DNA from: Collinsella sp.
GTDB lineage: Bacteria > Actinomycetota > Coriobacteriia > Coriobacteriales > Coriobacteriaceae
DNA: 64,000 bases
Direction of reading: 5' to 3'
Assembly (NCBI GenBank): GCA_019414325.1
Contig: DXMG01000003.1
Location: 28,271 to 92,270, forward strand
In this document: in pieces, positions 36,493 to 46,400 of the stretch
Position numbering within the stretch: position 1 is the first letter of the stretch
Layout: every line of letters starts with the position of its first letter
Translations under genes and position numbers: made by a program
Notes under the pieces: generated by a model
The model's input: only the letters and a program-made list of their open reading frames with translations
Told to the model about the DNA's origin: nothing
Databases searched by the model: none

Positions 36493-36888
36493 ATGTCGGA
36501 AGCAACAAGGACTCGCACGCATGCGCCCGAGGTTAGGCAGCGCGCCGTCGAGGTCCTCCAAGAGGGGGTCGGTCATCGCGCCCTCGCCGCGGAGCTCTGC
36601 ATTCCCCAGGCCACGGCTCGTCAGTGGGCCCGCGCATATGCCGTGGGCGGTGCCGACGCCGTTCTCAACGCCGGTTCGCATCATCACACCTATTCGTACG
36701 AAGTTAAGCTCGCCGTGGTCAAGGACCGCTTGGAAAACGGCTTAACGGTTCGCGAGGCCATGATCAAGCACAAGATTCCTAGCGAGTCTTCGGTCAAGGC
36801 TTGGTGCCGTCAGTACCGCGAGAGCGGTGAGTCCGCACTGGTCGATAAGCCGCGCGGTCGCAAGCCGCGCGTTAAAAAGGCGGAATAG
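36493..36888 (+). CDS. orphan helix-turn-helix protein resembling an IS3-family OrfA
   Basis: About 131 aa with two HTH-like segments (GHRALAAELCIPQATARQWARAY; TVREAMIKHKIPSESSVKAWCRQY). No DDE OrfB follows and I saw no terminal inverted repeats. Confidence 0.5.
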   Translation: MSEATRTRTHAPEVRQRAVEVLQEGVGHRALAAELCIPQATARQWARAYAVGGADAVLNAGSHHHTYSYEVKLAVVKDRLENGLTVREAMIKHKIPSESSVKAWCRQYRESGESALVDKPRGRKPRVKKAE

Positions 36889-37068
36889 CAAACGGGATGG
36901 TGCACCCACAGGGGCGCATTTTTCTTGCCGCCCCTCTGCTCCAATGCGGGCGTGCCCTTACCCCGTACGCCTAAAACTCCCCAGTTGACCGAAAACCCGC
37001 CGCCGCTACTCCTCAATTGAGCTATAACGTTAAACAATTGCAGCGTTTTAGCATGGGGGAGTGATGGT

Positions 37069-39951
37069 ATGACGCTACTGTATTTCCTTACCCTGTTTCC
37101 GCTGGTACCGGCGCTGGGCATGCTGCTCGCGCGCGGTGACCGCGCCCGCGATGCGGCGGGGCTCATAGGCTCCGGCATTATTATGGCGGTGACAGTTGTA
37201 GTCGCCGTCATGTTTTTTGGCACGGGTCCGCAGAGCTTTGAGGTTGCCCCCGGCACCTCGCATGTGCTCTCGATCATCAGTTCCGTTATCGACGTCATCC
37301 TGTGCGCTGTCATCCTGTACAACGCGTACAAATATAGGAACGCGCTCACCACGGTGCTCGGCATAGTCCAGCTGGTGGGCTCGCTCGCCTTTGCAGCCAT
37401 GACGCTGCCCGCGGCCGAAGCCGTCACGGCAACGCCACTCTACCTGGACTACATGAGCGTGATCATGGTCCTCGCCGTCGGCATCGTTGGCAGTCTAATC
37501 TGCTTGTATGCCCTGGGCTACATGAAGGACTTCCAGGCCCATGACGAGCACGAGGCCGCGCTGCGCGGGCAGACCGCGCCCGACCGTCGCCCGCAGTTCC
37601 TGGCGCTCATGTTCCTGTTCCTCTCGGCCATGTTCGTCATCGTGACGAGCGACAACCTTGAGTGGCTGTTCTGCGGCTGGGAAATCACCACCGTGTGTTC
37701 GTTCCTTATGATTGGCTACACGCGTACGCCCGAGGCCATCAAGAACGCCTTTACCCAAATCATCCTCAACATGCTGGGCGGCATCGCGTTTTTGGCCGGA
37801 CTTATGTATCTGCACGTTAACGGCATGCCGCTGACCATCTCGGGCATGATCGAGCTTTCCGGCACCGGAACCGCGCAGTCCGCGCTGCTGGTGATGCCGG
37901 TCATCCTGTTGTCGCTCGCCGCGCTCACCAAGGCCGCACAGATGCCGTTCCACACTTGGCTGTTGGGTGCCATGGTTGCACCCACTCCCACGAGCGCCCT
38001 GCTGCACTCGTCAACCATGGTCAAAGCCGGCGTGTTCCTGATGGTCAAGCTGAGCCCACTCTATGCCATCTACCCCGTGACCGGCTTTATGGTCACGAGT
38101 GTGGGTGCCATCACGTTTTTGCTCGCTGCACTCATGGCCATCTCGCAGAGCAACGCCAAACGCGTGCTCGCGTACTCCACCATTTCCAACTTGGGCCTCA
38201 TCAGTGCCTGCTTGGGTGTCGGCGCGCCCGAGGCCGTATGGGCGGCCATCTTCCTGATCTTGTTCCACACGGTGGCCAAGTCGCTGCTGTTCCTGTGCGT
38301 GGGCACGGCCGAGCATCATATCGGCAGCCGCAATATCGAGGACATGGACGGCATGTTCAGCCGCATGCCGCACCTGACGCGTCTGATGATGCTGGGCATT
38401 ATGGGCATGTTTGTGGCGCCGTTTGGCATGCTCGTGTCCAAGTGGGGCGCCCTGGTGGCGTTTGCGCAGACCGGCAACGTGCTCATGATCATGGTGCTTG
38501 CCTTTGGCTCGGCCGCGACGTTTTACTTCTGGGGCAAGTGGCTTGCCAAGCTTTCGGGCGTCGACCCCACGGCTCAAAACGTTGAGGTCAATGTCCATAA
38601 GACCGAATGGATGGCCCTCAACACCATCGCCGCGCTGCTGATTCTGTGCTGCGTGGCGTTTCCGGTTATCTCGAGCGGTCTGGTGTCGCCTTACTTGGCC
38701 ATGGTGTTTGGCCGCGTGCCGTACGTTATTGGCAAGGACGCCATGTATCTGATGGTGGTTATCGTGGCTTTTATCGCCGTGGTGCTGCTGACGTCATTCC
38801 GCGTGAGCAACAAACCGCACGTAAACGTATATCTTTCGGGCGTGGGAACCGACAAATATCGCCATTTCCGCGGCTCGATGGGACACGAGGTGAAGGCCGA
38901 AAAGCGCAATTGGTACTCGGAGGACGCCCTTGGCGAGAAGCGTATTGGCCCCGCGGGTAGCGTCGTATGCTGCAGCATTATCTTGTTTGCGCTGCTGTGC
39001 TGCGCGTGGATTGGGCCCGAGAGACTCGCCATGAGCGCGCCCTCGGTGCTGCGCGGTAAGTATTTCGAAGGCTCGGGCGTCGTGGGCATCTTTATAGGCA
39101 CCGTGGCGTTTGCCTTGCTGGCGCCTTTGGTTGGTGGCCTGATTGACGGCATCGACCGCAAGCTGTCCGCCCGCATGCAGGGCCGCGTGGGCCCGCGCCT
39201 GCTGCAGCCCTTCTACGACGTTGCCAAGCTGCTGCGCAAGGCCCCCGCCAGCGTAAACACCATGGACGATACCTACATGGCGTGTGCGCTCATCTTTACC
39301 GTGGTGGGCGGCGGCATCTTTGTGTCGGGTTCCAACACGCTGTTGTGCGCTTTTATGGTGACGCTCGCCGCGATCTTTGTGGTGCTGGCGTCCGCCTCGA
39401 CGCAAAGCCCGTTTGCCCAGGTTGGCGCCGACCGCGAGCTGCTGCAGGTCATGAGTTACGAGCCCGCCGTTCTGCTGATGAGTGTGGGCCTGTACCTTGC
39501 CACCGACAGCTTCGACTCCATCGCCGTGACGGGGCAGTCGGCCCCCATCATCGTGTACAGCGCGCCCATTTTCCTCGCGCTGCTCGCGGTGCTTACCATC
39601 AAGCTGCGCAAGTCGCCGTTTGACCTTTCGTACTCGCATCACGCGCATCAGGAGATCGTCCAGGGCGTCGCCACCGAGATGAGCGGCGGCACGCTGGCCA
39701 AGATGACCCTTATGCACTGGTGCGAGACCGTGCTGTTTTTGATGTGGGTGGGCATGTTCTTTGTTTGGGACAACCCCGTGAGCTGGGTCGTAGCCCTGGT
39801 CGTGATGGTCGCGACGTACTTTGTCGAGGTGCTGATCGACAACACCTTCGCGCGCAGCACCTGGCGCAGCTGCTTTAAGCTCGGATGGGGCGTGGCGCTG
39901 GTGTTTGGCCTGCTCAACCTTATGCCCATCCTCGTCGACGTGTTTATTTAG
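37069..39951 (+). CDS. echAB: fused Ech hydrogenase membrane subunits EchA (NuoL/HyfB-like antiporter module) and EchB (NuoH/HycD-like)
   Basis: 960 aa. The N-terminal ~640 aa carry a Proton_antipo_M signature (WLLGAMVAPTPTSALLHSSTMVKAGVFLMVKL). The C-terminal ~300 aa carry the NuoH/HycD signature (DRKLSARMQGRVGPRLLQPFYDVAKLLRK). Confidence 0.8.
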   Translation: MTLLYFLTLFPLVPALGMLLARGDRARDAAGLIGSGIIMAVTVVVAVMFFGTGPQSFEVAPGTSHVLSIISSVIDVILCAVILYNAYKYRNALTTVLGIVQLVGSLAFAAMTLPAAEAVTATPLYLDYMSVIMVLAVGIVGSLICLYALGYMKDFQAHDEHEAALRGQTAPDRRPQFLALMFLFLSAMFVIVTSDNLEWLFCGWEITTVCSFLMIGYTRTPEAIKNAFTQIILNMLGGIAFLAGLMYLHVNGMPLTISGMIELSGTGTAQSALLVMPVILLSLAALTKAAQMPFHTWLLGAMVAPTPTSALLHSSTMVKAGVFLMVKLSPLYAIYPVTGFMVTSVGAITFLLAALMAISQSNAKRVLAYSTISNLGLISACLGVGAPEAVWAAIFLILFHTVAKSLLFLCVGTAEHHIGSRNIEDMDGMFSRMPHLTRLMMLGIMGMFVAPFGMLVSKWGALVAFAQTGNVLMIMVLAFGSAATFYFWGKWLAKLSGVDPTAQNVEVNVHKTEWMALNTIAALLILCCVAFPVISSGLVSPYLAMVFGRVPYVIGKDAMYLMVVIVAFIAVVLLTSFRVSNKPHVNVYLSGVGTDKYRHFRGSMGHEVKAEKRNWYSEDALGEKRIGPAGSVVCCSIILFALLCCAWIGPERLAMSAPSVLRGKYFEGSGVVGIFIGTVAFALLAPLVGGLIDGIDRKLSARMQGRVGPRLLQPFYDVAKLLRKAPASVNTMDDTYMACALIFTVVGGGIFVSGSNTLLCAFMVTLAAIFVVLASASTQSPFAQVGADRELLQVMSYEPAVLLMSVGLYLATDSFDSIAVTGQSAPIIVYSAPIFLALLAVLTIKLRKSPFDLSYSHHAHQEIVQGVATEMSGGTLAKMTLMHWCETVLFLMWVGMFFVWDNPVSWVVALVVMVATYFVEVLIDNTFARSTWRSCFKLGWGVALVFGLLNLMPILVDVFI

Positions 39952-39963
39952 GAGGCGGCATCC

Positions 39964-40557
39964 ATGGATCATAAAATGTCGCGCTCGCCGTGGGTTATTC
40001 ATTACGACGGTTCGAGCTGCAACGGATGCGATATCGAGGTGCTGGCCTCGCTCACGCCGCTGTTCGATGCGGAGCGCTTTGGCGTGGTCAACACCGGCAA
40101 CCCCAAGCATGCGGACATCTTTTTGGTGACGGGCTCGGTCAACGCTCAGAACTTGCCTGTCGTGCGCCAGATTTACAACCAGATGCTCGAGCCCAAGTGC
40201 GTGGTGGCCTGCGGCATCTGCGCGTGCTCGGGCGGCGTGTTCCGCGATGCCTACAACGTGATCGGCGGCGTGGACCGCGCGATTCCCGTGGACGTGTACG
40301 CGCCCGGATGCGCCATTCGCCCCGAGACCGTGATCGATGCCATCGTGGAGGCGTGCGGCATCCTGGACCAGAAGGAGGCCGTGATGCGCGCCGGCGGCGA
40401 TCCGCTCACCGTGGGCGGTGCCGCCACCTGGGACGGTGGCGTCGAGCTGGGTGAGGACGGGTTTGTGGCTGCGGCTGAGGCCGGCGACGCGTCCGTTGCT
40501 GGCGACGCACCTGCTGGGAAGCCCGCCGCGCCCGCTGCTGCAAAGGAGGCCGAGTAA
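39964..40557 (+). CDS. echC: Ech hydrogenase small subunit (NuoB/HycG-like) with Ala/Asp-rich C-terminal tail
   Basis: GSSCNGCDIE, ADIFLVTGSV, ACGICACSGGVF and IPVDVYAPGCAIRPE [4Fe-4S] ligand pattern. Confidence 0.85.
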   Translation: MDHKMSRSPWVIHYDGSSCNGCDIEVLASLTPLFDAERFGVVNTGNPKHADIFLVTGSVNAQNLPVVRQIYNQMLEPKCVVACGICACSGGVFRDAYNVIGGVDRAIPVDVYAPGCAIRPETVIDAIVEACGILDQKEAVMRAGGDPLTVGGAATWDGGVELGEDGFVAAAEAGDASVAGDAPAGKPAAPAAAKEAE

Positions 40558-41273
40558 TGCAAAAGGCAATCTATACCACCGTCGGGATCGATGGGCTGTT
40601 GCCGCACGTACAGGCGCTCAAGGGTGCCGGCGCGCGCTTTGTGCAGATGCATGCCGAGCGCTGTGTGGACGACGGATCGTATCGCCTGGTCTATACGTTC
40701 ATCAACGTTTGTGCTGCCCAGGAGCATATTGCGCAGGACGGCAGCTATGCGATTGAGAACCTGGTGGTTGAGGGAATTGATCAGTATCAGGAGATTCCGT
40801 CCATCAGCTCGTATTACCCCGCGGTGTTCCCGTTTGAAAATGAGGCCCACGACCTGTTTGGCCTTGCCATCACCGACATGCAGATCGACTTTAAGGGCTT
40901 TTTCTACCAGGTTTCGACTGCCGAGCCCATGAGCGTTATCACGCCCGAGGTGAAGGCCGCGCGCGAGAAGGCCATGAAGGTCCGTGCCGCCGCCGAAGCC
41001 AAGGCGCGCAAGGCCGCTGCCGAAAAGGCCGCAGCGGCTGCGGCTGCTGCAGGGGAGGGCGCTGCGAGCGCCGGCGATGCCGCGGGCGCCGCTGCTCAGC
41101 CCGTTGCGGCTGCCGGCTCCGATGCTCAGCACGATGAGGCTGCTGCGAAGGCCGCGCTCAAGGCTGCCGAGATGGAGGCAAAGCTCGCTGCCATGGATCC
41201 CGAGAAAGCAGCCAAGGTCCGCGCGGCGCTTGCCGCCAAGGCCGCCCGCGACAAGCAGAAAAAGGAGGCGTAA
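40557..41273 (+). CDS. echD: Ech hydrogenase NuoC/HycE-N-like subunit with a ~95-aa Ala/Lys/Glu-rich tail
   Basis: Complex1_30kDa-like block SISSYYPAVFPFENEAHDLFGL. The C-terminus is low complexity (AAAEAKARKAAAEKAAAAAAAAGEG...). Confidence 0.7.
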   Translation: MQKAIYTTVGIDGLLPHVQALKGAGARFVQMHAERCVDDGSYRLVYTFINVCAAQEHIAQDGSYAIENLVVEGIDQYQEIPSISSYYPAVFPFENEAHDLFGLAITDMQIDFKGFFYQVSTAEPMSVITPEVKAAREKAMKVRAAAEAKARKAAAEKAAAAAAAAGEGAASAGDAAGAAAQPVAAAGSDAQHDEAAAKAALKAAEMEAKLAAMDPEKAAKVRAALAAKAARDKQKKEA

Positions 41274-41278
41274 GGCCC

Positions 41279-42367
41279 ATGGCACATCGCTCCGTCATTC
41301 CGTTTGGCCCGCAGCACCCGGTGCTGCCCGAGCCGCTTCATCTAGACCTGGTAATCGAGGACGACCGCGTCATCGAGGCAATTCCGCAGATCGGTTTTGT
41401 GCACCGCGGGCTCGAGAAGCTCACCGAAAAGCGTGACATGCATCAGTTTGGCTACATCGCCGAGCGCATCTGTGGCATCTGCGCCGTGGGCCACAGCTGC
41501 GGCTATGCCAGCGCCTGCGAGCGCATGCTCGGCATCGAGGTGCCTGGTCGCGTGCAGTATATCCGCACCATTCTGCACGAGCTTTCGCGCATTCACTCGC
41601 ATCTGCTGTGGCTGGGTCTGCTCGCCGACGCCTTTGGCTTCGAGGCGCTGTTCTATCGGTCATGGACCCTGCGCGAGCAGATACTCAAGATTTTTGAGAG
41701 CACTTGCGGCGGGCGCGTGATTCTGTCGATTAACGAGATCGGCGGCCTTAAGCACGATATCGAGGACTCCGAGCTGGCGGGCATTGTCCAGACGCTCGAT
41801 GCCATGCGTCCTGACTACGAGGCCCTGGTGCATACGTTTTTGGACGACAACAGCTGCGGCGAGCGCCTGCATGGCGTGGGCGTGATTAGCAAGAAAGACG
41901 CGCTGGAGCTTTCGATGGTCGGTCCGTTTGGGCGCGCATCGGGCGTGGATTATGACGTGCGCATGTTTGACGACGGTGCCTATGCGGATCTGGCTGCGTT
42001 TGAGCCCATCGTTGCTACCGATGGCGATTGCTATGCCCGCTGCCAGGTGCGTTGTGCCGAGGTCACGCAGGCCATGGACATCATTAAGGAGCTTGTCGGC
42101 AAGATTCCGCACGACGGAATCGGCGGGCGCACCAAGCTCACGCCGGCCGACGGTGCGCGCGGCGAGGTTGTGATTGAGCAGCCGCGCGGCGAGGCGTATT
42201 ACTATGTGCGCGGTAACGGCACCAAGAACCTGGACCGTTTTCGCGTGCGCACGCCGACGTCGCAAAACCTGGCGGGTCTGACACATGCGCTGCAGGGCGT
42301 GCTCCTTGCCAACGTGCCCATGATTATCCTGACCATCGACCCCTGCATTAGCTGCACGGAAAGGTAG
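41279..42367 (+). CDS. echE: group 4 [NiFe]-hydrogenase large subunit (NuoD-like)
   Basis: N-terminal Ni-Fe ligand motif RICGICAVGH and C-terminal DPCISCTER ending the protein, with no cleavable extension. FGPQHPVLPEPL start. Confidence 0.9.
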   Translation: MAHRSVIPFGPQHPVLPEPLHLDLVIEDDRVIEAIPQIGFVHRGLEKLTEKRDMHQFGYIAERICGICAVGHSCGYASACERMLGIEVPGRVQYIRTILHELSRIHSHLLWLGLLADAFGFEALFYRSWTLREQILKIFESTCGGRVILSINEIGGLKHDIEDSELAGIVQTLDAMRPDYEALVHTFLDDNSCGERLHGVGVISKKDALELSMVGPFGRASGVDYDVRMFDDGAYADLAAFEPIVATDGDCYARCQVRCAEVTQAMDIIKELVGKIPHDGIGGRTKLTPADGARGEVVIEQPRGEAYYYVRGNGTKNLDRFRVRTPTSQNLAGLTHALQGVLLANVPMIILTIDPCISCTER

Positions 42368-42374
42368 ACACGGC

Positions 42375-42716
42375 ATGAGTTTGCTGACATTTGCCAAGAC
42401 GGCCTTGGGCTCTATGGTCAAGCAGCCGGTCACGGTGTGCTATCCGCAGGAGGAACTCGCGGCACCCGAGCGCCTGCGCGGGCACATCGTCAACGACATG
42501 GACGTGTGCATTTGCTGCGGCATGTGCGCGCGTCGCTGCCCGGCGGGCGCGCTCGCGGTCGATCGCAAGGGTGGAACGTGGTCGATTGATCCGTATTCTT
42601 GTGTGGTGTGCGGCGAGTGCGTCGAGAGCTGCCCCAAGCACTGCCTGACTATGGACGCCGCCCGCACTCCAGTTGCGGCGGATAAGACTCCCACGGTAGA
42701 AACCAAGCCGGAGTAA
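42375..42716 (+). CDS. echF: 2x[4Fe-4S] ferredoxin-like subunit (NuoI/HycF-like)
   Basis: Two CxxCxxCxxxCP motifs: CICCGMCARRCP and CVVCGECVESCP. Confidence 0.85.
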   Translation: MSLLTFAKTALGSMVKQPVTVCYPQEELAAPERLRGHIVNDMDVCICCGMCARRCPAGALAVDRKGGTWSIDPYSCVVCGECVESCPKHCLTMDAARTPVAADKTPTVETKPE

Positions 42717-42737
42717 CGCTGGAATAGAGCTGGAATA

Positions 42738-42771
42738 GGGGCCGGTGGGGCAAAAATGCCCCACCGGCCCC
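42738..42771 (+). terminator. strong hairpin after echF (no clear T tract)
   Basis: Perfect 13-bp stem GGGGCCGGTGGGG/CCCCACCGGCCCC with an 8-nt loop. Confidence 0.5.
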
Positions 42772-42802
42772 GCGCGTGAACGCGCGGTTGGGCTGCCGCG
42801 AA

Positions 42803-42956
42803 CAAAACTATGCCGGATTACTACGATAAATCGCCTACCCTCAACCACACCGCGTTTGGCAAAACAAAAACCGCAGGTAGACGGCTCGCAGTTTTGCGAA
42901 AAAGTCGCGCGTGATCGGCGACCTCGTTTTTATCGTAGTAATCCGGCATAGTTTTG
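42803..42956 (+). mobile_element. TIR element M1 (154 bp)
   Basis: Perfect 28-nt TIR CAAAACTATGCCGGATTACTACGATAAA / TTTATCGTAGTAATCCGGCATAGTTTTG. The core holds the hairpin AAAACCGCAGGTAGACGGCTCGCAGTTTT. Confidence 0.8.
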
Positions 42957-42983
42957 AAATGGCACCATATCCGTAACAGCCTT

Positions 42984-43015
42984 TGATCCCCTCGGGGACG
43001 GAGGAAAACGGATCA
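42984..43015 (+). repeat. conserved short hairpin H1 (TGATCCCCTCGGGGACGGAGGAAAACGGATCA)
   Basis: Recurs at 43224-43254 and 51105-51135, each time ~25 nt downstream of a TIR element. Contains GGGGAC. Confidence 0.75.
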
Positions 43016-43062
43016 TTTTGGCCTTGCGAGGGCTGCCACGTGGCCCGTCTGCCACGAAATGC

Positions 43063-43198
43063 GCCCATCTACTACGTTTAGGCTGCCACCCTCAACCATG
43101 GCGAACGACGCAAAAACAAAACCGCAGGTAGAACGCCTGCAGTTTTTCATTAAACGCGGTTATGGTCAGGGGTATCGGGTCAAACGTAGTAGATGGGC
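43063..43198 (+). mobile_element. TIR element M2 (136 bp)
   Basis: 17-nt TIR GCCCATCTACTACGTTT / AAACGTAGTAGATGGGC. The core is homologous to M1 (ACCCTCAACCA ... AAAACAAAACCGCAGGTAGAACGCCTGCAGTTTTT). Confidence 0.8.
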
Positions 43199-43223
43199 CA
43201 GTTTTGAGGCGAGCACCACCAAT

Positions 43224-43254
43224 TGATCCCCCGGGGACGGAAGAAAGCGGATCA
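43224..43254 (+). repeat. conserved short hairpin H2
   Basis: TGATCCCCCGGGGACGGAAGAAAGCGGATCA. Confidence 0.7.
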
Positions 43255-43302
43255 TTTTTGCCTGATGGCTCCGAGTCGCACCCGTTTTCCTGCGAAAATG
43301 CC

Positions 43303-43418
43303 GTGTCTCAACTTTGGTGAGACATTTGTCTCACGCCCAAAACGGAATCTGGAACATGTGTCACCTGCCCAAATTGTGTCTCATTTCGTAACTTTAGGCT
43401 GATGCAAGGTCTGAGACC
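43303..43418. promoter_or_regulatory. cluster of TGTCTCA/TGAGACA half-sites upstream of the adhesin gene
   Basis: GTGTCTCA at 43303-43310, TGAGACA at 43317-43323, TGTCTCA at 43327-43333, TGTGTCA at 43357-43363, TGTGTCTCA at 43375-43383 and the palindrome GGTCTGAGACC at 43408-43418. Confidence 0.35.
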
Positions 43419-43435
43419 GCGAGAAGGGAGACGCG

Positions 43436-46400
43436 ATGAGTAAGTACACGAGGGGTCTCTTGGCGGTGATACTTGCCGTAGTGCTTGTGTTGCCGGCTGC
43501 AGCATTTGCCATGCTGCCCGAGGCCAACGCCAGGTCCAGCACCGGAATGGACGGACCGACAATGAGCGGAAAGGTCGTCGTCGATCCCGACACCAGCGGA
43601 CGCTGGGAAATCTGGGCGGCCGGTCACAACGGTAATAAAGTAACGACTCAAAACGTCGGCCGAATCTGGACCGACAAGACGGTCAAGAAAGCCGGAGAAA
43701 ACGAAGCGTCAGATTTTGTGACTACGCTTTCGGCCATGTCCTCGACGTCTAATTCAACCGTGACGGTTACCACACCGCTTGACATCGTGATGGTGCTGGA
43801 TGCCTCTGGCTCGATGGATGATGAGATGGGCAGTGGAGATCGCACCAAGCGTATCGATGCGCTCAAGAGCGCTGCCAACAGCTTTATCGATACCATCGCC
43901 AAGCAAAACGAGGGTATCGAGGGCGTGGATAGGCAGCATAAGGTTGCTATCGTTAAGTTTGCGGGCAAGAAGTCCAGCAAGATCGGCAACGATACGTATC
44001 GTGACGGAGGATACACCTACAATTACACACAGGTTATGAAAGACTTGACCGATTGCTCCGGCGGCAACGTGAAAGCTCTTAAGGATAGGATTGCCAAGAT
44101 TACACCCGCTGGTGCCACGCGTGCCGACAATGGCCTGCAACTGGCAGAGGGTATCGCTTCTGGTCGCGCGGACGCCAAGAAGATTGTTGTGTTCTTTACC
44201 GACGGCACGCCAACGAAAGTTGACGAGTTTGATCCTACGGTTGCTGACGCTGCTGTGACGGCTGCCAAGAACATGAAGGACAGCAAGGCCACCGTTTATA
44301 CTATCGGCATCTTTGATGGCGCGAACCCCAGTGCTGGTATCCAGGATTCGGGAAAAAGACAAAAAGAGAACAAGTTCATGCAGGCCGTTTCGAGCAACTA
44401 CCCCAATGCCACGGCATGGGATGCCCATGGTGCACGCGCGGAAAACTCCGACTACTACAAGTCGGCGACCAATGCCGAAGAGCTCAAGAAGGTCTTTGAC
44501 GACATCTCACAGGCCATCACATCGGAGGCGCCTTATCCGACCGAAATCCATAAGGGCTACGACGAGACCAAGTCCGGCTACATCACGTTTACCGACGAGC
44601 TGGGCGACTTTATGCAGGTCGACAGCTTCACCGAGGTCGTCATCAACGGCACGCCGTTTACCAAGACGGACAAAACGGTCAACAAAGAGACCAATACCGA
44701 CACCTACGAGTTCGCCGGCAAGGCAAAAGACCTGCTCATTACCGTGCAGCGTGCTGGTGATGACAATCCCCAGAAGGGCGATGTCGTAACGGTCAGCATT
44801 CCTGCGTCGTTGATTCCGCTGAGCCACTTTAAGACCGTAGACGGCAAACTTTCGGTCGACAACGTTAAGCCCATTCAGGTGAAGTATGCCTCGAGCGTGA
44901 AGAAGGGCGCACTCGAAAACCTGTTTACGCCCGAGAAAGTCACGGGACTCAAGAACTACATCGAGAACAATACGACTGTCGTTGACGGCACCAAAACCGT
45001 TAACTTCTACGCTAACAAGTGGGAGACCGGCGCGTTGGGTAATACGGTCGCGACCTTTGAGCCGGCCGACACCAACCGCTACTACTACTTCCAGAAGCAG
45101 ACTCCCATTTACGCGGACAAGGACTGCACACAACCCGCAAAGAATTCACTGGCAGAGAAAGGCACCTATTACTACAAGGATGAGTTTGAGGAGCAGGGCG
45201 AGAACGGCGAGGCCAAGCCCGCCACTGCCGTCATCGAGTTTGTCGGCGGCGACGCTGCGAAGTTTGACGGCGCTCTTGTTGCCGACGAGGACGACAACCT
45301 TTCGTTTAGCGTGGGAACCGCGCGTCTGGCCTTTATCGACGAGCTCCATACCACCAAGAAGAGCAACGACACTGGTACTGCGACTGACGTTCTCAACCCC
45401 AAGTGGAACAACGTGTCCGCCAAGGCGACCGCGACGCATGTCAATTCCTACCTGGGCAACAACGGCAAGATCAGCTTTAACGTGACGCCGGCAACGGTGG
45501 ATACCAAGACGAGCTTTGGCCTGACCAAGGTGCTCGAGGGTCGCGAGTGGACGGATGCGGACAAGTTTAAGTTTGAGCTCTCCGCGACGTCCGAGAATGA
45601 TGCCCCGATGCCCGCACCCGCGACCGCGACTGTGACCAAGGCGAACCTGGATGACAAGGGCAAGGCGGCCATTAACTTTGGCGAAATCACCTACAACAAG
45701 CCGGGCGAGTACACCTATGAGGTCCGCGAGGTCAAGGGCGACGCCGGTGGCATCACCTACAGCAAGAACGTTGCCACGTTCAAGGTGACCGTGGCGGTTA
45801 AGGTCACGGGTGGGCTTAAGGCTGACGTTGAAAAGATCTCGGGCGAGACCGAGTTCAAGAACACCTATAGCGCCAAGACGGAAACCTCGCTGACTCTTGA
45901 GGCAACCAAGAAGCTCACGGGGCGCCCGATGGCCGATGACGAATTTAAGTTTGCGCTGAGCTATGCGGAGCACGACGAGGTTCTGCTGGATGCAACCAAC
46001 AAGGGCGGCAAGGTTGAGTTCGGTCCGCTGACGTACACGACCAAGTCGCTCGCCAAGCTGGTCGAGGAAGACAAGGCATCGCTTGATGCTAGCTCAGGCA
46101 AACCGACGTGGACCATTCATTACATTGCTGCCGAGCAGACCGGCAAGCTGCCTGCGGGCGTGAGCGCCACAGTGTCGGCAATTGACGCGTATGTGACCGT
46201 TGTCGACAACGGCGATGGTACCCTGACGGCGACGGCTGTCTACGGCGATGCCGGCAACGAGTTCGTGAACACCTGCACTGCCGCGCCTGCCGAGGCATCG
46301 CTTGTGGGCAAGAAGAATCTGCAGGTTCCTAAGGGCCTGACCCCGGCTGACATTGCCGGCAAGTTCACCTTTACCGTGACCGGTGAAGAGGGCGCACCCA

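Noticed and set aside
36484-36888. Complete IS3-family insertion sequence
   Set aside because: Only an OrfA-like HTH ORF is present. No DDE OrfB, no convincing A6G slippery site with a downstream frame, and no terminal inverted repeats were seen. It is an orphan or relic at best.
42745-43215. Small ORFs inside the TIR elements with similar peptides (for example ...AKTKPQVERLQFF... in M2 and ORF 50922..51107 in M3)
   Set aside because: The peptide similarity follows from near-identical nucleotide sequence. The ORFs cross TIR boundaries, lack ribosome-binding sites, and are broken or frame-shifted in M1 and M4.
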